64,000 nt of DNA, from contig CBDCDC010000002.1 of assembly GCA_965215195.1 (NCBI GenBank), forward strand, positions 96,001-160,000, in the 5' to 3' direction. Positions 8,734-18,482 of the stretch are shown piece by piece. This DNA comes from Candidatus Latescibacterota bacterium (GTDB lineage Bacteria > Latescibacterota > UBA2968 > UBA8231). Every line of letters begins with the position of its first letter. Within the stretch, counting starts at the first letter, position 1. Position numbers and translations under genes: made by a program. Below the pieces are notes generated by a model, which saw nothing but the letters and a program-made list of their open reading frames with translations, was not told the DNA's origin and searched no databases.

Positions 8734-10128
8734 ATGGCAGCGTATGATGTGGCAATTATCGGCGGCGGCCCAGGCGGGTATTCAGCGGCCATTCGCGCGC
8801 GGCAGTTGGGGCTAAAAACCGCCCTGATCGAAGACGCCGAGTTGGGCGGGACCTGTCTCAATTGGGGCTGCATTCCCACCAAGGCCCTGCTCAAGCAAGC
8901 CGAAGTGTACCAGCTTTTCTTGCGCGCCGAGGAGTTTGGCCTGCGCGTCGCCAAGCCCGAGGTGGATTGGGATGCGGTCATTGGCCGGAGCCGCCAAGTC
9001 GCCGCGCAATTGTCCAAAGGCGTGGCCTATCTGATGCAGAAGAACCAAGTTGAGGTCTTCGCTGGAAGGGGCCGGTTGACGCCCAGCCGCCAAGTCGCGG
9101 TTGAGGGTGCCGAGGGCGAGGTCGTGGCCGAGCTGGACGCCGCGCACGTGGTGCTGGCCACCGGCAGCCGCCCCAAATCCATTCCGGGCGTAGCATTCGA
9201 CGGCGAGCGGATCATCGCCAGCCGCGAGGCCATGGTCGTGGCCGAGCCGCCCGCTTCCCTCGCCATCATTGGAGCCGGGGCTATCGGCGTAGAATTCGCC
9301 TATTTCTATCGAGCCTTTGGCAGCCGCGTCGTGCTCTTAGAAGCCCTGCCCCAGGTCTTGCCACGCGAAGACGAAGAGATCGCCGCGGGCTTGGCCGCCA
9401 GCTTGGAACGGCAGGGGATCGAAGTGGTGACCGGAGTGAGGGTCGAGGAGGTCAAAAGACAAAAGCGCCGGGTCGCGTTGCGCTACCGAGTTGGCGAGGA
9501 AGAGCAGACGCGGAGAGTAGATTACGTGCTGGTCGCCACCGGGGTTGCGGGCAATATCGAAGGGCTGGGGCTGGAAGCGCTGGGCATCCGCACCCGCGAT
9601 GGCGCGATTGTGGTTGACGAGCGGATGCAGACCAGCGCCAAGGGCATCTACGCGATTGGCGACGTGGCCGGCCCGCCGCTGTTGGCGCACGCAGCCGCGC
9701 AGGAAGGGATCGCGGCCGTTGAGTTCATAGCGGGCCGCAACCGGCCCACTTTGGACCCGCGCCAAGTGCCCAACTGCATCTATTGCCAGCCGCAAGTAGC
9801 CAGCGTCGGCCTGAGCGAAAGCCAAGCGCGCCAAGCTGGGTACGACGTCAAGGTCGGCCGCTTCCCGTTTGCGGCCAGCGGCAAGGGGCAAGCGGCTGGG
9901 GAAACTGAGGGGCTGGTCAAGCTAATTTTTGACGTGCGCTACGGCGAGCTGTTGGGTGGGGCTATTCTGGGGGCCGAGGCCACGGAATTGATCGCCGAGT
10001 TGACGCTGGCCCTCCGGCTCGAAGCCACGTATGAGGAGCTTTTGGCTACCGTGCATGCCCATCCGACCCTGTCCGAGGCCGTGATGGAAGCGGCCGGGCA
10101 GGCGTTTGGCGAGGCCATTAATTATTAA
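8734..10128 (+). CDS. lpdA: Dihydrolipoamide dehydrogenase
   Basis: GGGPGG, GGTCLNWGCIPTK redox motif, HPTLSE. Confidence 0.97.
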   Translation: MAAYDVAIIGGGPGGYSAAIRARQLGLKTALIEDAELGGTCLNWGCIPTKALLKQAEVYQLFLRAEEFGLRVAKPEVDWDAVIGRSRQVAAQLSKGVAYLMQKNQVEVFAGRGRLTPSRQVAVEGAEGEVVAELDAAHVVLATGSRPKSIPGVAFDGERIIASREAMVVAEPPASLAIIGAGAIGVEFAYFYRAFGSRVVLLEALPQVLPREDEEIAAGLAASLERQGIEVVTGVRVEEVKRQKRRVALRYRVGEEEQTRRVDYVLVATGVAGNIEGLGLEALGIRTRDGAIVVDERMQTSAKGIYAIGDVAGPPLLAHAAAQEGIAAVEFIAGRNRPTLDPRQVPNCIYCQPQVASVGLSESQARQAGYDVKVGRFPFAASGKGQAAGETEGLVKLIFDVRYGELLGGAILGAEATELIAELTLALRLEATYEELLATVHAHPTLSEAVMEAAGQAFGEAINY

Positions 10129-10196
10129 GAAGCGGTCTGCTTGACCGCGCCTTTAGGCGTGACAAACCCCTGTCGGGCTGCTTGACCGCTTCTTAA
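10125..10196. repeat. 72-bp element with 13-bp perfect terminal inverted repeats (hairpin, terminator or MITE-like)
   Basis: TTAAGAAGCGGTC ... GACCGCTTCTTAA, with an internal direct repeat ctgcttgaccgc. Confidence 0.6.
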
Positions 10197-10213
10197 GAGA
10201 TTGGGAATTAGGA

Positions 10214-11446
10214 ATGGGAAATGTAGAGTCGCTGGGTGGCGTTTGTGGCATAGAGGCCCCCGCGCTGCCACCGCTGGACCAGTTCCTGCCGGCCGAGCCG
10301 CTGTTGCTGATGGGGGCTGGGCCGGTGCCGGTGGCGGCCGAGGTCGCGCGGGCTGGCGGCATGGTTATCAATCACTTAGGGCCGACGATGGATCGGCTGG
10401 TCGAACACATCAAGCAATTGGCGGGCTATGCCTTTCAGACGGCCGACGAGCACATCTTGGGGATTGGAGGGCCGGCGTCGGCCGCCATGGAGATGGCAAT
10501 GGGCAATCTGCTCTGGCCCGGCCGCCGCGCCTTGGTCCTGCAAAACGGCTGGTTCAGCGGGCGCTTTGCCGAAATGGCGACCGGGGTGGGGGCTGAGGTC
10601 GAAGTGTTGGCCGCGCCCGAAGGGCAAGCCATCTGTGCCGAGCGCGTGGCCGAGCGCCTCAAGAGTCAGCGGTACGACGTGGTGACGATGGTGCAGGGCG
10701 AAACCTCCAGCGGCGTTTGCACGACCGATCTACCGGCGATTGCCCATTTGTGCCGCGAGCACGGGGTGCTGGCGGTCGTGGATGCAGTCTGCACCTTGAG
10801 CACCATGCCATTGGCAAAGGACGCTTGGGGCCTTGACGTGGTTTTCACCGGCAGCCAGAAGGGGCTGTCGTCGCTGCCGGGCGTGGCCCTGATCGCCTTT
10901 TCTGACGCGGCTTGGGAGCAGGTGCAGCAGCATCCCGGCCCTAGGCCGCACTGGTGCTTGGACGCGTTGCGGGCGCAACACTTTTGGCAGCAGCACCAGT
11001 ACCACTACACCGCGCCGGTCTCCGGGCTGTTGGCCCTGCACGAGGCCCTGCGGCTGGTCTGCGAGGAGACGCTTGAGTGCCGCTTTGCGCGGCATCGGCA
11101 CTCGTCGCTGGCCCTGCAAGCCGGCATTGAGCAGATGGGGTTGGTGCTGGCCGCGCCGCACGCTATTCGCCTCAACTCGGTGGTGGCAATTCAAGTGCCG
11201 GCCGGGGTGGATAACGCCCGCGTCCGCGCCGATATGTCGAGCCGCTTCAACGTCGAAATCTCCGGGGCCTTTGGCCTCGACATCGTGCGCATCGGCCAGA
11301 TGGGCGAGCAGTGCCGTGCCCCGCACTTGTTCCGCGTGTTGCACGCCTTGGGCGGTGCTCTAGCACACGAGGGGGCAGCCGTGGATACTAGCGCGGGTAT
11401 GGCGGCGTTGGAGAGCTATTTGGCGGGGTGTGGGGACGTGATCTAG
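10214..11446 (+). CDS. Class V PLP aminotransferase (alanine-glyoxylate / serine-pyruvate family)
   Basis: MGAGPVP, ETSSGV, VDAV, GSQKGL with the PLP lysine. Confidence 0.9.
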   Translation: MGNVESLGGVCGIEAPALPPLDQFLPAEPLLLMGAGPVPVAAEVARAGGMVINHLGPTMDRLVEHIKQLAGYAFQTADEHILGIGGPASAAMEMAMGNLLWPGRRALVLQNGWFSGRFAEMATGVGAEVEVLAAPEGQAICAERVAERLKSQRYDVVTMVQGETSSGVCTTDLPAIAHLCREHGVLAVVDAVCTLSTMPLAKDAWGLDVVFTGSQKGLSSLPGVALIAFSDAAWEQVQQHPGPRPHWCLDALRAQHFWQQHQYHYTAPVSGLLALHEALRLVCEETLECRFARHRHSSLALQAGIEQMGLVLAAPHAIRLNSVVAIQVPAGVDNARVRADMSSRFNVEISGAFGLDIVRIGQMGEQCRAPHLFRVLHALGGALAHEGAAVDTSAGMAALESYLAGCGDVI

Positions 11447-11465
11447 AAAGACGAGGAGCTAAAAC

Positions 11466-11783
11466 ATGAATGCGCGATTGATTCAGGAACAAGTTCCCCT
11501 TGAAAGTCAGGTTAAGTTTGTTCTTCAAGGTGGCGGCAACATCTCGGGCAAGCTGGTAGAAATCGGGCGAGAGCATCTCAAAATTGAAGCCGGAGAAAAC
11601 CAACCTCCAGTCACGATTCCCATTGATCGGGTTAGCTATTGGCAGCCCCTGACAGATGCCTCGCAAAATGGACAGAGTGATGAGCCTGTTTCGTCTTCTG
11701 ATAACACAGCCGAATCAAAGTCAGTCTTTTCAAAGAATGGCTTCTCGTTCATAAATCAGGAGAAACTCAATGACACAGTTTGA
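11466..11783 (+). CDS. Small protein with an Sm/LSm-like N-terminal fold (possibly an internally deleted larger gene)
   Basis: VKFVLQGGGNISGKLVEIG...TIPIDRVSYW, GAGGAG RBS, low GC, and overlap with the next start. Confidence 0.55.
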   Translation: MNARLIQEQVPLESQVKFVLQGGGNISGKLVEIGREHLKIEAGENQPPVTIPIDRVSYWQPLTDASQNGQSDEPVSSSDNTAESKSVFSKNGFSFINQEKLNDTV

Positions 11784-13296
11784 AAACCCGTTTGCAGATT
11801 ACGGCGGAATTGTTCACGGTGCCCGTTTTATCGAACGGCAAGAGAGCTTGAGTGTTATCGAGAGCCGGCTCATCCAACCGAGAGAGCCGGCAAATTTGGC
11901 AATTATCGGCCAGCCACGTAGTGGGAAAAGCAGCCTTGTTTACCAAGCACTCATTGAGCGGAAAGATCAACTCATAAAGGAGAATTTCATTCCAATATGG
12001 GTCAACCTTTCGATCTATGAGGAGTCGAGATCCTTCTTTCAGTCCTTGGTCACTGTATGCTTGGAGGAACTCGAGGACTTAGATCAGCTCGATGCGGTAA
12101 TTCAGCGTACAGCAGACCGAGCATACGACAGCCAGTTGCCATGGAGCGAAGGGTATCGCAGGATTCAACGCTTCTTCAAAAAAGTTCGAGGAACCGGATA
12201 CCGCATACTTCTCGTGTTAGACGAGTTTGACAGTGCTCGGTATCTTTTTAAGAACAGCGTTTCCGACTTTCAAAAATTGCGAGAACTATCTTATGCTCCA
12301 GACTTGGGCATTACCTTGATTACAACTTCTCGGCGCAGCATTAAGACGATTGAATTACAGGCAGGCGATATTTCTACACTGAGTGAGACTTTTCGGAGAC
12401 ACTATTTAGCGATGTTTGGCAATCAAGAGCTACAAGTATTTTTTGATCGACTTGCGTCGGCAGGCGTAAACGTCTGCGAAACGTTAAAAAGCGATATACT
12501 ATCTTATTGCGGCGGCTATCCTTATCTGCTGGATATGCTCGGTTGTGAGATTATCGAAATGTACCAAAAGGAGCAAGAGATTAATGTCGAGAAAGCTGTT
12601 GCCCAAATTGCCCAAGCCTTGTTCGGCCACTACGATCATATTGTCGATCTCTTAAAAGAAGATGGAAATTTAGATGGATTAATCCAAATTCTTTTTGGTC
12701 CCGTTATTGACGTCAGACAGGAAACTGTCAATGAATTTCTTGGATACGGCTTAATCCGAGAGACCGATGATGGAACGTACGAAGGATTTTCCGAGCACTT
12801 CCACGATTTCCTGCGGCTAATTGAGCGCAAAAACAGTGGTGGCGATCTATGGCCTACATGGCGGGATACTGAGCAAACGTTACGAAAGTTTATTGCGACT
12901 ACCATGTTTGAAAAGTATGGTGAGCAATGGGTAGAGGAGCTTGAAAGGAGGTATCCTAAACAGTTTCGCAAAGAAAACCCAAAAACGGGAGGCCCGGGCG
13001 TTTTTGAGAGTTGCCGAAAATCACAACAGAAAGATGAACGTGTATTTGGCAACCGCGCTTCTCAAAATCTGATAGATTATACTTATCCCCGAGACCTGTT
13101 TGATATTATCTCCGCAGAGTGGAATACCTTTGAGAATACTTTCGGCAAGACTAAACAATACTGGGACGAACGGGCACAATTTCTGTCTAAAGTTAGAACC
13201 CCATTAGCCCACAATCGCGACGCGGTCCTCCAAGAGTATGAACGGCAAATTGCCGAAGGCTATTGTAACGAGATTCTGAGCGCGCTTAATAGCTGA
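11770..13296 (+). CDS. STAND/archaeal-ATPase-like NTPase fused to a Swt1-like HEPN domain
   Basis: NPF...F.ER start motif, GQPRSGKSS Walker A, LLVLDEFD Walker B, GGYPY, C-terminal EQTLR...W and R-x4-H (RTPLAH). Confidence 0.8.
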   Translation: MTQFENPFADYGGIVHGARFIERQESLSVIESRLIQPREPANLAIIGQPRSGKSSLVYQALIERKDQLIKENFIPIWVNLSIYEESRSFFQSLVTVCLEELEDLDQLDAVIQRTADRAYDSQLPWSEGYRRIQRFFKKVRGTGYRILLVLDEFDSARYLFKNSVSDFQKLRELSYAPDLGITLITTSRRSIKTIELQAGDISTLSETFRRHYLAMFGNQELQVFFDRLASAGVNVCETLKSDILSYCGGYPYLLDMLGCEIIEMYQKEQEINVEKAVAQIAQALFGHYDHIVDLLKEDGNLDGLIQILFGPVIDVRQETVNEFLGYGLIRETDDGTYEGFSEHFHDFLRLIERKNSGGDLWPTWRDTEQTLRKFIATTMFEKYGEQWVEELERRYPKQFRKENPKTGGPGVFESCRKSQQKDERVFGNRASQNLIDYTYPRDLFDIISAEWNTFENTFGKTKQYWDERAQFLSKVRTPLAHNRDAVLQEYERQIAEGYCNEILSALNS

Positions 13297-13339
13297 TGCA
13301 AGTGCGAGAACGCAACATAATAGAAACGAGAAGAACACA

Positions 13340-14443
13340 ATGAGCGGCCAACTCGACTACCCAACCTACGAAAGCCTCGGCGTCCGCCCCCTGATCAACT
13401 GCCAAGGGACCTATACCATCATCAGCGGCTCGCTGATCTTGCCGCAGGTGCGGCAGGCCATGGTCGAAGCCTCCAAGCAATACGTCCATCTCGACGAACT
13501 GATGGAGGCCGTCGGAGCGCGCATCGGCGAGCTGATGCAGTGCGAATGGGGGCTTGTTACCAATGGTTGCGCCGCGGCCTTGTGCCAAGTTACGGCCGCT
13601 TGCGTGGCCGGCACCGATCCCGAGAAGATGGCGCGGTTGCCCGACACTACGGGCATGAAAAACCAAGTCATCGTCCAGCCGAGTCACCGCCACGGGTACG
13701 ATCACGCCGTGCGCATGGTCGGCGTCGAAATGGTCGAGGTCGAGACCCTCGCCGCGCTCGAAGCGGCTCTGTCGGACCGCACGGCCATGCTCTTGGTGTT
13801 TGGCGATGCGGCCGAGCGGGGGCCGATCTCGGTGGCAGACATGGCCGCGGCCGGGCAGCGGCACGGCGTACCGACCTTTGTCGATGCGGCCGCCGAGCGG
13901 CCGGACGCGCCCAATTGGTATCTGGAGCAGGGGGCCGATGCGGTGGCGTATTCGGGCGGCAAGTGCCTGCGCGGGCCGCAGGCGTCGGGCTTGGTCTTGG
14001 GGCGCAAGGACCTGTTGCAGGCAGCTTTCCTCAACGGGGCGCCGCACCACGCGCTGGGAAGGCCGATGAAGGCGGGCAAGGAAGAAATCATGGGGCTGTT
14101 GGCGGCCGTGGAGCAGTGGGTGGTGCGCGACCACGCAGCCGAGTGGCGGGAATGGGAGCAGCGCTTGGCGGTGATCGCCGCGGCCGCGACACCGTTCCCC
14201 TCAGTGACGACCCAGGTCAAGCAGCCCGGGCGCTCGAATGTCGCGCCGAATTTGGCGGTGCGCTGGGATCGGGGTCGGCTGCCCCTCAGCGGCCACGAGC
14301 TGGCGCGCCGACTAGCGGCCGGCCAACCGCGGATTGAGGTCGCCGCCCACGAGAGCGGCTTTGGCGTTAATCCCTATATGATGGAGCCGGGCGAGGAAGA
14401 CATTGTGGCGCGGCGGGTGGGGGAGGTTTTGGCCGCGGTTTGA
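13340..14443 (+). CDS. SelA-like PLP enzyme (DgaE / D-glucosaminate-6-P ammonia-lyase family)
   Basis: GVRPLINCQGTYT, VDAAAE, YSGGKCLRGPQASG, RPMKAGKEEI. Confidence 0.8.
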   Translation: MSGQLDYPTYESLGVRPLINCQGTYTIISGSLILPQVRQAMVEASKQYVHLDELMEAVGARIGELMQCEWGLVTNGCAAALCQVTAACVAGTDPEKMARLPDTTGMKNQVIVQPSHRHGYDHAVRMVGVEMVEVETLAALEAALSDRTAMLLVFGDAAERGPISVADMAAAGQRHGVPTFVDAAAERPDAPNWYLEQGADAVAYSGGKCLRGPQASGLVLGRKDLLQAAFLNGAPHHALGRPMKAGKEEIMGLLAAVEQWVVRDHAAEWREWEQRLAVIAAAATPFPSVTTQVKQPGRSNVAPNLAVRWDRGRLPLSGHELARRLAAGQPRIEVAAHESGFGVNPYMMEPGEEDIVARRVGEVLAAV

Positions 14444-14451
14444 GCGCACTC

Positions 14452-16494
14452 TCAGTTGGGCCGCTCCCCTCGACGCAAGGCCACGGACAGCGGCTGCACC
14501 CCGTCCTTGTTGGGCTTTGAGCGCACCTTGCCGGTGCGGGGATCCACGCTGTAGATTTTCACGTCTGCGGGCAGGTCAAAGTCCTTTTCCGGCCGCCCCT
14601 CATTTACTGCGATCATAAAATCCGCCCAGATGGGCACGGCGCCGTTGCCGCCGGTGATTTGCACCCCGCGCGTATCCACTAGCTTATGGGTGCGTCGGTC
14701 GTCAAACCCCACCCAGACGCTGGCGATTAAGTCCGGGGTGAAGCCGGTGAACCAAGCGTCGGTATTGTCGTTGGTCGTGCCGGTCTTGCCGGCGGCTGGC
14801 CGCGCAAAGCCCAACTTGCGCACTTGGTGGCCGGTGCCGCGGTCCACGGTCTGGCGCAAGAGATGGACCATTTGCGCGGCGAGGTCGGGCGCGATGGCTT
14901 GGCGGATCTGCGGCTGGTGGGTAAAGATCGGCTGGTCGTCGGCATCGACGATTCGCTCTATTAAGGTCGGGGTCACCTGCAAGCCGTAGTTGGCGAAAGC
15001 CCCGTACGCCGCGGCCATTTCCAACACGGTGACTTCGTCGACGCCCAAGGCAATGCTCCTGTAAGCTCCTATTGGCCCGGCAAAACCCAAGCGGTGAGCC
15101 ACCTCGGCGACGCGGACTGGGCCGACGCGTTCGGAGATTTGTATGGCCGTTGAGTTGACTGAGCGAACTAAGGCCCACGCCGCGGTCGTCCGCCCTAAGT
15201 AGCGGTTCCCGTAGTTGCGCGGTTGCCATTTTTGCCCGTTGACGATATAGGTGCGCCGCTGGTCGTTAAAGAGGGAAACCGGGCTGATCGTACCTGCTTC
15301 CAAAGCCGCTAGGTAGGCCATTGGCTTAAAGCCGGAGCCGGGCTGGCGGCGGGCGGTGAGGGCCCGGTTGTAGTAGCTGACGAAAATGTCCCGGCCCCCG
15401 ACCATGGCCAGCACTTTCCCGGTCGGCGACAGGCACACCAACGCGCCTTGGACGTAGGCCGGGCGCTCGTCCAGCGACGCTTCCGAATAGGGCTTAAACC
15501 CCAGCCGCTCATCCAATTCGACCATGCCCTTGGCCACGGCCGCTTCGGCCGCTTCTTGCATGGCAATGTCCAAGGTAGTATAGACCTTCAAGCTCCCGGA
15601 GTTCAGGGCCGATGGCCCCCACTGCCGCTCGATTTCCGCGTTGATGGCTTCGACCCAATAGGGCACCGGGTTGCGGGGTGGGTAGCCGGGGTCGATGAGG
15701 TCTTCGGCGCGGAGAGCGGCGTATTCCCGGCGCGTCTGTGGGTCGAGAAAGCCGCTGGCGACCATGCGGTTGAACACGTGTTGCAGCCGGGCAGTGGCCC
15801 GTTGGGGATGCCGCAGGGGATTGTACTTGGTTGGGGCGTTGATTTGGCCGATGAGCATGGCGGCGCGAGGCAGGCTCAGCGAGTCTGGGGTCGTGTTGAA
15901 GAAGGTGGCCGCGGCGTCGTAAATGCCATAGGCGTTGGTGCCGTAGAAGACCTCGTTGAGGTACAGCTCTAGGAGGCGATCTTTGTACGCCGGGTGGCCA
16001 GCGGCATTGGTGTCTGGGTACGAGGCGGCAAAAAACACTTCTAGCTGCACGGCGAGCAGTGCTTCCGACAGCTTGCGTTCAAAGGTCTTTTTCGGCGAAA
16101 AGAACAGGCGCTTGACGAGCTGTTGGGTCAAGGTGCTGCCGCCGCGAGTGAGGCTGACCGCTAGCAGGTTGTCGCGCATCGCGCCGACAATGGACAGCAG
16201 GTCAATGCCGCGGTGGTGGTAAAAGCGCGCGTCCTCAGTGGCGATGAGCGCGTTGCGCACGTGGGGGGTGATGTGTTCGAGGGGCACCCATTGGCGGCTC
16301 TGATTGAAGGTGTAGATGCGCTCGCCAGAGGCCGCGTACATCTCCGTGCCCGGGCGGATGCCCAGCTCGCGCGGGTCGGTGGGCAGGCTGGGCAAGCTCG
16401 GGGCCATGCGCTGGACGGCGTACCCCACGCCCAGCCCAGTCGCCAAGACGAGGAGTGCGGTCAGGACTGCGCCGCTGAGCAGCGGGCGTCTCAT
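14452..16494 (-). CDS. Class A penicillin-binding protein (PBP1A family)
   Basis: EDARFYHHRGID, GGSTLTQQLVK, RKLSE, SGFK, SVN, KTGT. Confidence 0.93.
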   Translation of the reverse strand: MRRPLLSGAVLTALLVLATGLGVGYAVQRMAPSLPSLPTDPRELGIRPGTEMYAASGERIYTFNQSRQWVPLEHITPHVRNALIATEDARFYHHRGIDLLSIVGAMRDNLLAVSLTRGGSTLTQQLVKRLFFSPKKTFERKLSEALLAVQLEVFFAASYPDTNAAGHPAYKDRLLELYLNEVFYGTNAYGIYDAAATFFNTTPDSLSLPRAAMLIGQINAPTKYNPLRHPQRATARLQHVFNRMVASGFLDPQTRREYAALRAEDLIDPGYPPRNPVPYWVEAINAEIERQWGPSALNSGSLKVYTTLDIAMQEAAEAAVAKGMVELDERLGFKPYSEASLDERPAYVQGALVCLSPTGKVLAMVGGRDIFVSYYNRALTARRQPGSGFKPMAYLAALEAGTISPVSLFNDQRRTYIVNGQKWQPRNYGNRYLGRTTAAWALVRSVNSTAIQISERVGPVRVAEVAHRLGFAGPIGAYRSIALGVDEVTVLEMAAAYGAFANYGLQVTPTLIERIVDADDQPIFTHQPQIRQAIAPDLAAQMVHLLRQTVDRGTGHQVRKLGFARPAAGKTGTTNDNTDAWFTGFTPDLIASVWVGFDDRRTHKLVDTRGVQITGGNGAVPIWADFMIAVNEGRPEKDFDLPADVKIYSVDPRTGKVRSKPNKDGVQPLSVALRRGERPN

Positions 16495-17375
16495 TGTGCA
16501 AGCCCGAGGCGCTGTTGCACGAGCTGGGCCGGCAGCACGAGCGCCGTGGCCTCGTGGCCCGGCACTAGCGCGTACGCGGCAAATTGGTTCCCAGTGCGGG
16601 TCAGGCGCAGTTCAAAGCTGTCGGTGCCGTCCCAAGCCGCGAGCAGGCGCTGGGTCTCGCTCTGGCGCAGGGAGTCGGCCCGCGCTTGCACGATCTGCGC
16701 TAAGGCCGCCGAGATGATCGGCCCGGCATCGCTTTGTGCGCGATCGGGGTCGGCGCTCAAAAGCGGCGCTAGATGCGTGCGCCAGTAGGCCGTGTCTTCC
16801 TCTTTCATTTTCAGAAAGGTCCAGGCTTCTGGCTCGTCCTTTGCCCGCAGCCGCTTGTGGAGCTGGTGGAAGAGCGAGCCGTCCTCTAGGGCTATTTGTG
16901 CGCCGATGAGGGCGTGGAGATGCAGGACGTCGCTGGGTATGGCGGCTTGGGTTAGCAGGTAGCGGCCCTGCTCGTAGATCTGTAGGGAATAGGCCAGCTC
17001 GCGCAGGGTCTCCGGGCCGAGGTGATCGGATTGGAGGGCGGTGTCCCGCCGCGCGACCGCAAAGAAAGCCGCGTGCGCGCCGTGGTACTGGAGCTGGTAG
17101 TGGTTTTGCAGAACGGGTAGCGGGGCTTGGCTCGGCTCTAGTGGTGCCTCGGCCAGCGAGTCGGACAGGGCCATGCGGGTCTGCCGGCTGGCGAGAATGC
17201 CCTGCCAGAGCGCACCGCTTGGCTGGCGCTCTGGGTTTTGCCGCATCAGGTATTGGCCGATGAAGCGAGCCGCGTATTGGGTTTGGTATTCGATGAAGAA
17301 GAGAGCGCAAGCCGTGCCGAAAGGGACCAACGCACATAGGGCGATGCGGCTGAGACGCAAATAAAAAGACGCCAT
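16491..17375 (-). CDS. Hypothetical membrane-anchored protein
   Basis: N-terminal hydrophobic segment; coupled to both neighbours. Confidence 0.7.
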   Translation of the reverse strand: MASFYLRLSRIALCALVPFGTACALFFIEYQTQYAARFIGQYLMRQNPERQPSGALWQGILASRQTRMALSDSLAEAPLEPSQAPLPVLQNHYQLQYHGAHAAFFAVARRDTALQSDHLGPETLRELAYSLQIYEQGRYLLTQAAIPSDVLHLHALIGAQIALEDGSLFHQLHKRLRAKDEPEAWTFLKMKEEDTAYWRTHLAPLLSADPDRAQSDAGPIISAALAQIVQARADSLRQSETQRLLAAWDGTDSFELRLTRTGNQFAAYALVPGHEATALVLPAQLVQQRLGLAQ

Positions 17376-17379
17376 CTAT

Positions 17380-18369
17380 TTATTTGGCGACCTTAAAACT
17401 CTCAACCCGACTCACCGAATTCTCAAGCCCATCGACGTGCGTACTGGCCACGACCTTCCAGTAGTACACCTGCCCAGGTTCGAGGGCGACCAAGCGCCCT
17501 TCCTTAATGCGACCGGTAAATACGGCTGTGGTGTCGCTAGTCAGCGGCATGTCCGACACTTCGCCGCTAGTCAGCGAGGTAGTGACGATCACCTGGAAGG
17601 CACGCGCTTCGGGCAAGCGACCCCAAGTAAAGGTCAAAGGGGCAGAGGTCTCTTCCCCAGCGACCGGGACCAACAGCTCCGGCGAGGGCAGCGCGACGTC
17701 GCTTACCGCCTCAGAGACAGCGCTTTCCTTGCCGCCGCGATCTAGTGCCGTAATCCGGTAGTAGTACACTGTGCCAACCTCGATCTCCTCGTCGACAAAA
17801 CCCGGCACCGACACCTGCATTAGCAAATGCTCAAGGGTTGGCATAAAACCCGCCTCGGTTGAGCGATAGATGCGGTAACCAATAAGATCAGTCTCTGAGT
17901 TTTCATTCCAGTTGAGCGTAATGCCGAGCTGGCCGAGAACTTCGAGGTGGTGCGCTAGGGCGCGCAGCGAGGTCGGCACCTGCGGGGTCAAGCTGTTGAG
18001 GGGCTGTCCACTGATGGCATTTGAGGGGTCACTTTCGCCGCCGCTGGTTATCGCGGTTACTCGATACGTGTACTCCAGCTCGTATTGTAGGCCCTGATCC
18101 TTGAACCGGGTCTGGAACGTGGAGTCAATGGCCACGGCGGCGGCGTTCCCCACTGAGCGATAGACGACATAGAGCACCTCGTCCTCGCCCTCGGCGGCCT
18201 GCCAGTTGAGCCACACCTCGCCGTCGCCGATGCGCTCCACGCTCAGTGCGCGCGGTGCCTGCGGGGGATTGACGGACGCGACCGGCGCGGTGCCCTTTTC
18301 GCCATCGCCGCCGCAATGCCACAGCCCGACGACAGCGACGACAATCCATGCAACTGTTAGGCGTTTCAT
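17380..18369 (-). CDS. Fibronectin type III repeat lipoprotein
   Basis: Lipobox-like LWHC, plus repeated W...Y.YRVTA / YYYRITA FN3 motifs. Confidence 0.85.
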   Translation of the reverse strand: MKRLTVAWIVVAVVGLWHCGGDGEKGTAPVASVNPPQAPRALSVERIGDGEVWLNWQAAEGEDEVLYVVYRSVGNAAAVAIDSTFQTRFKDQGLQYELEYTYRVTAITSGGESDPSNAISGQPLNSLTPQVPTSLRALAHHLEVLGQLGITLNWNENSETDLIGYRIYRSTEAGFMPTLEHLLMQVSVPGFVDEEIEVGTVYYYRITALDRGGKESAVSEAVSDVALPSPELLVPVAGEETSAPLTFTWGRLPEARAFQVIVTTSLTSGEVSDMPLTSDTTAVFTGRIKEGRLVALEPGQVYYWKVVASTHVDGLENSVSRVESFKVAK

Positions 18370-18482
18370 ATTTTTCTACCTCCCCAGATAGAGTACTCGC
18401 CTCTCTGCCAAAAGTACCATTAGCCTCCTAAAATAGGCAAGCACTTTTGACACGTAGCCACCCCGCAGCTATTGTCTCGCTG

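Noticed and set aside
13340-14443. True selenocysteine synthase SelA serving the Sec-FDH
   Set aside because: It is too short and its motifs match the DgaE-like SelA-related family.
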